A stretch of DNA of 64,000 nucleotides, from NCBI GenBank assembly GCA_965285935.1, contig OZ260666.1, forward strand, positions 7,316,001 through 7,380,000, in the 5' to 3' direction. The translations under genes were made by a program, and so were the position numbers. The notes beneath the pieces were generated by a model. It ran no database searches. It saw nothing but the letters and a program-made list of their open reading frames with translations, and had not been told where the DNA came from. Positions 53,001 to 64,000 of this stretch are shown piece after piece. Position 1 is the stretch's first letter, and each line of letters begins with the position of its first letter. Source of the DNA: Ophelia neglecta. Its lineage: Eukaryota.

Positions 53001-54039
53001 CGATACCCTCTTCTCCATATTCTTACGGCCTTCTTTATTGCTTGTGGTATTTTGCGTGTAAACAGTAAACCAGATATTTTACTAGAGTACTTCTAATACA
53101 TGTAGATATTGTTCCACAGTGATGGTTGGTTGGCAATTCCTTCAGCAGTTTCTATAGATAGAATAAAGTGGAAGTGCTTTCTTAGCGGTTCCTCAGTGAA
53201 GTTTCAAATGCAATATTCTGAAACACCACGCTAAAACAAATTCAAACAAACATGTCCTAGTCTACGTACTAAATGTCGGAGATAAAATATTTTAAGTCCA
53301 CGTTGGACAGAGATGAAATGTACCGTTGGTCAGGTAGGATGGAGATCAAATATGTCATAGCATGGTCCATGTTGGACTTAACTCATAAATTTGAGACTAT
53401 AGACAAAATTGCCAAGCTGACTCGTCACTTTCTTCAACCATACTAGATGAAGCCTTTAGTATCCCTCGTATAGTCGAAGCCTTCTGGCGGACGACTGTCT
53501 GAAATAAGTCTCTAGATAGTATTCAATATTATAAATCAGGTCACTTTCGATAGCTGGCCAATTTGGGAATTACGTGGTACACCAGACATTTTAAAACGTG
53601 GCAATCCCTTGTATAATTAGAACAGTTAATTTGAAATCAAAGAAATTTTCATAATACAGGGGACGAAAATCCAGTGGGAAATATTCCCAAGTTATCTTAA
53701 AAATTCAAAGATAATGATAAATGATGGTAATTGTGAGTTCTTTGATTCAAGGGAGCAATTTCTTTGCTCTAAAGAATTTACTCAGAATGCTGAAATAATT
53801 AGTCGATTGTGGTAATATCTACACTAACCAGGTAGTGGTTTAGAGGGGAAGAACATAAAAAACCCTAATGTAATCAGAATAAGGTTATTAACGGCCCACG
53901 GGCATTCTTTTATGTGACGTCAGCCCCCGCCCTCCCCGGCTCCGCTGGGGTTGGGTAATGGTAATACACATAGATGAAAACTCAACTGCCACCAGTTAGA
54001 TCAAACATTATATTTGATCAAATGAAAGAACACGTCTAC

Positions 54040-54500
54040 CGCGAGGAAACAACACTGGGATTAAATTGGGAACCGTAGGCTACGCCGCTCCACTCCTCCT
54101 CCGGCGATCAAACGAAGATCCTGTATCTGGACGACAACAAAGCATGGAACCAAACAATATTTAACCCAGGCTATCAGAGATTAATGTAATCGGTTACGCC
54201 TTCTTTCACCTTCACTAACAGGCTCTAATCACAGCTAAATCTTCAAAAGACTAGACAAAAAGAATAGAATATATTTTCGATTCATAACTTTGCTCCAATG
54301 TGTTGTTAAACTTGCTGATATAGCCAATGCAGAGAGACTGGAAAGTAATGTGCACTAAACAGGAAGGAGCCAATAGATTAATACGCTAATATCACTTGGA
54401 CCAAGCATAATTTCAAGGGTATTGAATCCTCAGACTACTAAAATACCATGTCATTTCGATAAAGAGTACCCCGGCCTAAACATAATAGGATAGAGTTCCT
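54040..54500 (+). mobile_element. Possible BEL/Pao LTR-retrotransposon pol relic, internally deleted
   Basis: Collinear remnants TTLGLNWEP (KTLGLxWNP), TIFNPG (IFDPLG), ALITAKS (LIxAKSR) and YHVIS..PA (WxHVxSxxNPAD). Confidence 0.35.
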
Positions 54501-55129
54501 CGTACTATGATACCAAGCATAAAGACATCAACACATTCCTAAGAAAAAGGAGTCCTCTCAATGAAATACAATAACTATAAGTATCTACCGTGTGATGACC
54601 GTTTTTCCCTTGAAATACCTTCAATTATACTTAAGAGAAGTCAACGATTTTAGGAAATCCCGGTACGCTAAGTGCGACCTATGTTCAGTAAAAGGCCCGG
54701 GAGCTTTAGTACCAGTGATGCTGAATGTTTATCCAGCTAAAAAAGTCAGTAAAAATGAACGTATTTATTTGTCAACATAAAATCTCACTTTTTTTTCCTT
54801 TAACGGAAGGAATTAATGTCGTTTATGTTAAGATGCATTCACCAAATCACCCTTCAGAGCAGATATGATATCGCCATTGATTTCTTAACTAAAATAAGAT
54901 TAAGCATCAAAAGGAAGGAAGATGTCATTTGCAGGAAGCGAGTTAATATGAGGATGGTCGTGTTGAAATGATATACCTACAGACCTACACAGTGATATTA
55001 ACGTTATCAATGCATGCTGGATTAGCAGAGATTTGAAATATCATAGCATAAGAAACAGTAAACATCACTATCTAGAAAACGAGACATCGCTATTCAATGC
55101 TTGCTATAAACTACTTTCACAAAGTGGGA

Positions 55130-55250
55130 ATTGATGTATGTGGGCCTGTGGCTGGCGGTTCCTGGGCTGGGGATTGATGTATGTGGGCCTGTGGCTGGCG
55201 GTTCCTGGGCTTGGGATTGATGTATGTGGGCCTGTGGCTGGCGGTTCCTG
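55130..55250. repeat. 43-bp tandem repeat, about 2.8 near-identical copies
   Basis: attgatgtatgtgggcctgtggctggcggttcctggg at 55130, 55173 and 55216. Confidence 0.97.
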
Positions 55251-55906
55251 GTGAATTTGGACCAATTTAAAAGAACTAGTCTTCATTACAGATTTGGCTT
55301 TGGTTTGGCTCAGTCCAACGGTCTTAAGGTCAGCCCATATATCTCATCCCCCGCAGAAGATATTTTAGCTACATCTACTTTATTCCGTGTATCCACCCCA
55401 CTAGGGCAACACCTCATGGTCAGCGGAAGGCGGAGGTGTTAGGTGGCCATACCTAATTCTCGATCGGTTCACTCGATCCCACTCCGGCGACATGTGCCAT
55501 TCCCAGCGGAAGTTGGTGTTAGTAGGCGGCACATCTACTGCTTGTTCACTCATTCCAAATTAGGTGACAGGTATCTTTTTCGCTGAATCCTGGTGTTGTC
55601 AACCTGTTTTATTCACTTCTCAACAGGCCAGTCAACTCCGGAGCCTGCCTTCATGGAATGTTATTGGTCTAGGCAGGACTCTCCCATGCGTCCGACATGG
55701 CTATACCCAGAAGTACGGTGTATACTAACATGTTGTTCGCTGACTATGAAATCTCCAGTAATCAAAACATCTATATAAATAAATGCCCGCGGAATATGCT
55801 AGTAGTTTGACACCAGGGGGCGTGACAAAACCAGGATGTCCAGGCAGGGTACCCAGCTGATTGGCCAGAGTAAATTGACTAATTATAGTATTCCGTATAA
55901 TAATTT

Positions 55907-56040
55907 CCATTTAACTATCTAAACATACACTTCTTCACCATTTAACGTCTTTAACATACACTTCCTACGCCATTTAACTTCCTCAACACACACTCCTTCA
56001 CCATATAAGTTCCCAAACATACGCTTCCTATACCATTAAG
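55907..56040. repeat. Alternating 31/32-bp tandem repeat
   Basis: ccat(t/a)taa starts at 55907, 55938, 55970, 56001 and 56033. Confidence 0.85.
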
Positions 56041-59000
56041 CCTCCGGAAACAGGTTGTTCTCCGACGTTCTACGTTTGAGGAGAAATCGGGATAAATCCC
56101 CGAGACATGATTAAAAACAAATGAGCCATCAAATCTGTCTGAATCCTACAGGAGCAGACAGGTTCTGCCACCTTACTCAACCTTGTAATTTCCTGTTGGC
56201 AATAAATGGTGAAATACAATTTGAGGAGTGTGCTGGCGACAATGTTTGAGGTTTACAATCCCTCCCCTAACTGTATTCATATACCTGTCATACATTTGTT
56301 ACTTGAAGTATGTCGCTGTAATAATAACTCACACAAAGGGTGAATTGGGGATCGCCCACAAAATGAAAACTAGAATAAATGGTCAAATGTACAGCTGTAC
56401 AGCTTACATGTAACCTTCCTTAACCACGTAGAGATGTTCTACTCAGAGTAAACCTTAGAAGCAAATTAGCACATCAACACAGCCCTGAATACTAGCATCG
56501 TCCTATCATTCACAGGAGTCGCTAAGCTAAACCACTCCAGATGTAAATGTGTAGTCAGATCAAAAAGCTGTCGAATGAATATTAATATTAAAAGATTAAT
56601 TAATCTAGGGGAAATTTATCATCGGTTTGTCAAGGCTTTGATTAATACGGCCCTGGGAGATGATTAATGATGGCTTCATTATTGACGCCCAGCAGGGTGT
56701 TATGTGAGTAGAGCGTAAAATCGCACTCAGACACACCCAGGCGTCACTGACAATAATGAATGATCTGGCAATCGTTTTTATAAAAAGAGGCGTATTAATT
56801 AGATTATTGATAATATCCAAATACACGTGTTATCCCTTTATTGATTAGTTGCAACCTTAGATCGGAAGAACGCAAAGTCCAATTGAAGTATAAGTACCGA
56901 TTACAGTTTTAGGAATACAGTTTTGCAATCAATATATCAGGAAATCAATAACTGATGATTAAATCTCTAGATCTACGCCCTGTTTTATTGATTCTGGACG
57001 TCCAGGCACGTGCCTTAGTTTGTTAACATGCCTAAAGCAAATAACATATTTGCTGAGAGCCAACGACTCCTAAACGTATATATCTGCTTACATTAATACA
57101 GTGAAGAGATGTTTTAGAGTCCACACCAATCTGCCTGCTAGGCCATTGTTTGGGGGGAAGAGAATGCTGGGGAGGACTAACAATTGGGATGGAGATGGGA
57201 AGGATTTGGTGGTGGGGCGTGGGGGGGGGGGAAACATCACGGATTTACTCACAACAGAAACATTCATCAAGCTATCCTCCGATTTGTGAAAATTGATAAA
57301 TACATATATATTGAATCAGATTAGAGCCAATATGCCAGGATGTCACTTTAATTGACGCAGGATTCCAATTCTTGACAAAGGAGGACTACATGTATAACAA
57401 GCCAATCTCTGTTTTCTAGCGCACAAGGAAAAACCTGATGGAAAATTATATATTGTCTTTCGAAAACCTCGTCAGGAAAGGTGTGAATAGACACATTACT
57501 TGCAAGGAAAATGTGCATAAACAAAGTAAAACACTAGTTTCGTTAGGATTGGGGTTGTCCCCTTCATTTCCCGAAAGTGGATGACTTCACACCCTCACAA
57601 AAGGTCATTTATGTTTACCAAGTCGTCAGGGCCTGATCTTAAAGCTCAGCACGGTCCTAATAGCTTGGCCAACTTGCCAATGAAGTCGTCATACTGTCTA
57701 GAGAGATTTTAGTATAATTGATTCATAAAGAGTATAAGTTGCCATTTATCCACTGGAAAATGGGTCTATATGTTACTTCCAGAACCGTTCGTTTTTTTTC
57801 GATTTAACAAATGTTTTTCTTCGTATGTTTTGCCCTTGTAAGAGTCAATCTATCAGACCATTACCAGGGAGCATCACGCCTCTATGGAGAAAAAGAAACC
57901 TCCCTGTGGTAATATATAATTAAGAAGCCTGTTTCGAACATGGAACCCAAAAAAAGTGAGTCATTATGTGGCTCCGAAACATTAAAAGTAATTGTCCTTC
58001 GTCTAGACAGAATATAACATGAGCCAAATATCTCGAAGTAGTACAAGGCGTAATAATTACATAGAACATAACATAATCAAACCTGCATTCACTTGTATTG
58101 TCTATCGTTTAAAGGCTATTATTAGAAACATTCAGAGTTAATATTTGTATGACAATAAACACCTTGACAGATCTTGATGATACACATTCATGCCTTTGCC
58201 ACCAGGTTGTACCTCTGGGTTTGATGATTGTAAAATAGCGCTAGTTTTAAAAGAAGCATTGTGATATATGCCAGAAACAGGCCTAGGACTATTGGAATGT
58301 ACTCCGGTATGAAGGCAGACCAAACAAAGCTGTCAATCAAGGGTGCCCCATCAGAAGGAAATTCTATCCATATTTTACACAGACCGCCCGTTTAACCTTA
58401 CACGTTACAACACTGCCTACTAATTAACCCGAAGAATAAATTGAGTAATCAATTGGCTATCCTTTTTATCACATCGTCACTCCATGATTTCAATCGTGGG
58501 TAATGACCATTCATGTCATTTCCGGTCTAAAGGAGACTCGTGTCAGATGTCCTTTGAAGCGTTGCAACCTTTCGAGAAGGCTTTCATCTTAAGACTTCTT
58601 CGTTAAATCTTGATTCGGGCGATTTCACCAGCAGTCAGCCGGAGGAAAAATATTTTGCCGGCAGTTGTTTTCATTATCTAGGGATCCACTGATTTGAAAA
58701 GTGTGAACCAGCTAGAGGCTGTCAATGATAAAACTGTTCATAACTATGAATTGATGTTCTACTTCAAACGATTGAGAGTAAAACAAACCGGAGAATCATG
58801 GTAAATATATAGTCTTTATCGATTGCAGTGCAAAATGGTTTTAACTCCGAAAAACGGGAGTGGCTTCCAGCAGACTAACCACATTCATTTATCAGGAATG
58901 GTCTATTAAATCTCCACCTGCTCCCAAAGAATGTACAACTTAGTTTGATTGCCTCTTGCAACATACGATGAAATGTCAACAAAGTTATTAATAAAAAAAC

Positions 59001-59085
59001 ATTATTGCCATTCTTGTGGAAAGTTGAATCGTTCCATCGTAAAAACATAGCAGTTACATCATTAACAGACATCGCGGCCGTCTGT

Positions 59086-59161
59086 GATCATCGCGCCGAT
59101 CAATCATCACATTGATCAATCATCACATCGATTAAACATCACATCGATCATCACAACGATC
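59086..59161. repeat. Short 12-16-bp tandem repeat (gatcaatcatcacatc)
   Basis: About five gatc(aatc)atcac units. Confidence 0.8.
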
Positions 59162-60454
59162 TTCAGATCTGTCATCCCTTAGGTCGTCTGTTCCTGTCAT
59201 TCCAGTTTAAATATTTGCCTTCCCATATAAATGAGGCACTAAAACAATGATAACAACACAAACTTGAACGTTGTGTTCACATACAATTCCTATTTATTAT
59301 GCTGCAAAAAGTTAATATATTAGACGGCCATTTTAATCTTATAAAATAGGCAAACAGCAATCCAGTTGAATATTAATAAATACTTGACGGTATTTTTTTT
59401 CATGAGTACTTTCCCGAGTCCAAAATTTCGATTTGTGTTATAAGCTAATTTGACAAGTAAGCCTTAACTTACAGAGGAAGATATCTCCAGCCCACAATAC
59501 GGGAATACACCATCGGGGATAATGGATTTAAAAAAGTATTAATATCAGGTGGCTGATCGTCTATCCCAGTGCTGATACTCTCTCCCTACCTAAAAAGTAA
59601 GTCCTTTGAAAGAGGATGATTTTGCTTGAAAATACGGTGGAATATCTATATACCATTTCGAGGGAATCCCTCGGCAAAAAAGCCAGACAACTGTTTGCGA
59701 CGCAACAGGTACTGTAATTTAAATTATATTTTGATATAAAGGGACTGATTTGCATCTCAGAGATAATCGAAACTGACATTATATGAACCAGTAAATGGTT
59801 TTTATTAACGATTAGGCCGAGCTCCTTGGTAGAACAGCTTGGTTGAACGCACTACCAAAGATTAATATGTTCGAAAAAAAGTTTTAGTTGTGACGGAAGG
59901 CGGTGACGGAAGGGGAGGGGTGTGTGTGTGCAAACTAGTCATTCCGTAGGGTCCTGGGAGTACAGAAGCTTACCAGAGGGTAGCCGCTGACTCGCATCAC
60001 GGAAATCTGTTGACTACATCTCAATTCAGGTGAAATATGTTTTTTTCTTGTTTGATTAATTCTGTTACAAGTTACTATCAGCGAACTGGGAATTCATGTT
60101 TGTGGGCCTGCACCTGAAGGCTCCTCGCCGCTTCAGGCCGATATAACTTGATATTATAGTGGGTTGGTGGAGTATGGATAGGGTTGGTTGGTTGTTGGGG
60201 CAATCAACCAATTTAAATCAGGAACACAAGGATTTATCACCTAGGAGATACTAAAAACTCATTTATTCTTTGTTCCTGTTTACTGAGCCAATGGGCTAAC
60301 TATATAACACACGGATTCAATACGAGTAATCTGGTGGATGTATTCTTGGTACTTACTGCAACTGATATCATATCCTTAAATTTATCACAAAAATGACTTA
60401 CTACCGAAGTCATTTTTGTCGCGGAACCTTTAGATACACCTCACCTTTAAGTAG

Positions 60455-60697
60455 CTAGACATACATTTTGCCTCACGTTGACGGATCTAGACATACATTT
60501 AGTCTCACGTTAACGGATCTAGACAAAACATTTAGCCTCACGTTGACGGAGCTAGACATACATTTAGCCTCACGTTAACGGAGCTAGACATACATTTAGC
60601 CTCACGTTAACGGAGCTAGACATACATTTAGCCTCACGTTGAGGGATTTAGACTTAAATTTGGCCACACGTTGACGAGGCAAAACATACATTTAGCC
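60455..60697. repeat. 32-bp minisatellite (ctagacatacatttagcctcacgttaacggag), about 7 units
   Basis: ctagac at 60455, 60487 and onward, degenerate after ~60645. Confidence 0.95.
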
Positions 60698-61229
60698 AAT
60701 TCAGTGTCTCTATTCTGATTCATTGACTTTTTTTAATCGATCGAGGCACTGTTTATGGGCTTTATGCATTGATCGAAACATGGACTAAACTCACAAGAGT
60801 TGTTTACAATAGTATTCCATAAAGCCCATGTAATTCTCATACTAATCAAAACGCATGTTATAACTAATTACCAAGGGAATGGCATGTTCATCGGCCTTGG
60901 TTCATTGTCAAGTCGACCTCGCTCGATGGCGCTCTGTCAATGTTTGTGGAACGTGCTGTATAGCAGTTTACGGCCGGATATGATACATCCTGTGTCAACA
61001 GAATTGACTTACAAAAAACATCGACTATTCTCTATTCTGAGTGACGGCATGAGATGTTGCACTATTCACTTATATAGCAAAGTATCCAATAATGAGAGAC
61101 CCTTTGATTCTTGATGGAGCTGGGGGTTATTGTATCAGAGCCTTGGGCTGGTACCGGGTAGTTCCTGATGATTTTCGAATGACTAAATGGACTCTTCTTG
61201 ATTGATGAGGTGCCTTGTCCGCTGTGCAA

Positions 61230-61632
61230 ATATACACCCTACTCCCGTACCCCTGTCAGCCCCCAGTGCTTCCGGGGAAACACCCGTAACCCGTCAGACC
61301 CCTGTGCTACCGGGTATACACACCCACTCCAATCAACCTCCTGCACTGTCTAAGATACACCCCTACCCCCGGCAAGACACCCGAGCCCCCGCCAGACCCC
61401 TGTGCTGTCGAAAATACCCATTACCCTCACCAGACCCCTGAGCTGCCGAGAAACTACCACTCACCCGTCAGACCTGCCGATCATACATCCAACCCCTGTC
61501 AGTCACTTCTGCTGCCGGGGATACACCCCTTACTCCGTCCGACACATGTGCTGCCGAGGGTACACCCCTACGCCCCTCAGACACCGGGACTGCCGGGGAT
61601 ACACCCGTTCCCCCCTCAGACCCAAGTGCTGC
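61230..61632. repeat. Degenerate ~39-bp GC-rich minisatellite (gggatacacccctactcccgtcagacccctgtgctgcc)
   Basis: The tacaccc...cagaccc...tgctgcc motif recurs about 10 times. It explains ORFs 61202, 61402 and 61468. Confidence 0.85.
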
Positions 61633-61864
61633 TACGTATTTTGATAACTGGTTAATCCATTTAAAACGGGTACAAATATAGAATTTACAAAACTGACTTT
61701 TTTCCACCTCTGTGCACTATGACCTTTTTAGTGGGTCACCCTTTTTTAAGAGGTGCTTTATTTTCGTCGTATCCACGACCGACATACACTAAAATGCTTT
61801 AAAAATTACACACAATAAGAAGAAAACTCATCCAAACGCTATCAGATTACTGCTAATGGAAAAT

Positions 61865-62015
61865 AGAGCGAGAATAAAGAGCGACTAAAGGCACTCCGCC
61901 AGCTTACCAGCAATAACAACATCATAAAGCAGATAATAGCTAAGCAGTGTGTGTAATGATCCGATGACATGACAGCGTCAAAAGCTATAGAGACATAAAC
62001 TATTTATAGTAAGTT
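61865..62015 (+). mobile_element. Penelope-like retroelement RT fragment
   Basis: ERLKALRQLTSNNNII, then after a frameshift KADNS*AVCVM. This matches the PLE motif ExxALxxLxxNxxIIIKxADKGxAVVVM. Confidence 0.6.
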
Positions 62016-62829
62016 CTGGTGGCGGCAAGCAGGGAACAAGAATAATGTGCTTCCAAATAAAACATCTGCCACGATCCATTCTCAGCTGTGTCTTTTTTAT
62101 AATACAAAGTGCAGGGAAAAAGAAAAAGGAATTGGATACCGTCGACCGCATGAACACTAAAGCTAATGCACGGATCTCTCACTGGAAATAAGCTTGATGA
62201 AATAAATTGTAAAAGAATTAATATAATCTGAGGGTTAGAAAAGGTTGCGTGAGGCAGACATGGCCGTGCCGATCGCTGAATGCTACAATTATTTTATTTT
62301 ATTCAGGAGGGCCTTCAAGGAACTCGCAAATTATCCAGTCATGTTTGCCATCGTTTGTATCATGATTTGCATTATATGAATAATCTACTGTAGCGTGGCA
62401 TATGCATACTGGATTAAAGCCATCCAACCCACTACTCTAGTTTATATGCACCACAAAAGCCGGTTCCGCTCCAGGAAAGCCATCTTTGTGCCCTAACATA
62501 TACGTGTCGCTTTCAGCAAACTCCATCTGTTAAAGGAGCCTCGTGTTCCATAGGTTAGCTCATTACTGCCTCTACAAAGAGATGTGAATACAAACAAAAC
62601 ACTTTATTTGGCTTGTAATAAAGTACGGACTAATAGAAATGACTTGCCATGCATCAACAGCTGTTGGAATAATGGAAATACATTTGTGATCGATAATGGT
62701 TATCCGATAACACTGATAATTATGCTCTGTGCTTAGCCGTCTCGTTTTCTGTCTTAGGATTGTTTACTTTTCATGTATTCCTGACTTTCGATCCTGTCGG
62801 AAAATACTCATTTTAATTCAGTTTTATTT

Positions 62830-62983
62830 TTCTTTCATATTGGGAAGTTTCAGGCACAAGGTGGTTTTTAAACTGAAAGCAGACACACAATACACGTCTG
62901 GCAGCACAGAACTTTGGGTATTTAAGACGAGATGGACTTCTGAATTCTGCATTGTGGGTCTTGGATCTGGTAGAGGCCGCCAT
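62830..62983 (-). mobile_element. Possible N-terminus of a hATm-like transposase (frameshifted)
   Basis: aaaacATGGCGGCC start. MAASTRSKTHNAEFRSPSRL, then after a frameshift QSSVLPDVY, resembling the recalled MAxTRSKTxxxxFGxPxxLxxxVLPTxxDV start. Confidence 0.38.
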
Positions 62984-64000
62984 GTTTTTATCCCCCATGA
63001 CAAATTACATCATCATCATGATTTGACCATTGTTCAGATTGTTTTGCTGTTTGGAACACAAAATGGAAAACTATCGAATACTTCTGGTTGCTAGTGATGT
63101 CAATGTGAAATCGCATGTTCAATGCCTTAGGAAATTAGGGATAGATACTGGCTGCTGGTCCAGATGAAAGCAGGCCGATTTAGAGGACAGCTATTGATTT
63201 ACTACTTTGTTTTTTCTGCGAGTATCCACTCCTGTTTTCTTCTCCAAGCGAGGAGACTAGCATGGAAACCCAGGAGTGTCATCTCCCTCCTTGGCGGGTC
63301 ATTCTGGCGGTATGTGTAGAAAAAGGAGGCCCTTTCTTACTCACACACCATCTAATAGATCCATCGACACACACAGACGTACCTCCACAAGTATATTTAC
63401 ATTTGGTAAATGAAATAACGATTCGCTTCTCTCAGTTAATAAGTCTCACTGGTGAATTTGGATACCTTCAAGGGCGAAGGAAAAATACACATCATGATGT
63501 TTTCATACCTTTTCTTGCAATGTGAAACTTGCAACAAAGATTCCCTCGCATCATTTCCAAAAATTGCACCTGAATTGCTGAACCCCATTTATTTGCGCGC
63601 CGAAAATAGGGCAAATCCATACATGGGTTACAGTTCGTGTAGACAAAGTGTAATAACAGACAGTTACCCTCATCGTTTACTTCCTTGCAGTACCTAGCCA
63701 TATTCCGCGAACATTGTATGATGCGTAGAATTCCCTTCTATGAAGAAAAACATATTAAAACAGTTATTACTAACTTGACTAAGGTTTCAAGTCATCAATA
63801 TTCCGTCATTATATTTACGTTTGTATTGAAAGCTAAAAGCCGTTTGCTCCTCAAACCGATTTCATCACAGAGTATAATAATTGGACATTGACATGTCACT
63901 CGGTGCTTCTCATTCAGCTCACTTTAGAATGATTCACCCTGAGAGCCGCCCTAATTATAGAATCGACAACTCGCTGATTGATCACAAAGTGGATTGATTG

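Noticed and set aside
60455-60697. CRISPR-like 32-bp repeats
   Set aside because: Contiguous tandem copies without spacers, in a eukaryotic context.

Overview
This is AT-rich, non-coding eukaryotic DNA, most like an intergenic or intronic stretch of an invertebrate metazoan genome (inferred from the SINE, LINE and MITE families). There is no sign of prokaryotic organisation: no operons, rRNA, intact tRNA or CRISPR array. I cannot identify any intact protein-coding gene. Almost all ORFs in the track are chance ORFs or by-products of stop-free tandem repeats. Supported content: (i) decayed transposons: L2/CR1-type LINE pieces, two tRNA-derived SINEs, three copies of a TA-flanked Tc1/mariner/pogo-type MITE, a Penelope RT fragment, and weaker hATm-, IS3EU-, BEL/Pao-, Ngaro- and Harbinger-like relics; (ii) about a dozen unrelated tandem arrays, several with higher-order structure; (iii) local duplications of different ages. 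The best leads are an ancient ~3 kb tandem duplication (16.9-22.7 kb) that behaves like two pseudogenised copies of an unidentified minus-strand gene, a possible three-exon reading frame at 41.25-41.8 kb, and a 64-bp templated insertion at 28.65 kb. I do not see convincing evidence of a novel biological system. All family assignments come from recalled motifs, not database searches.
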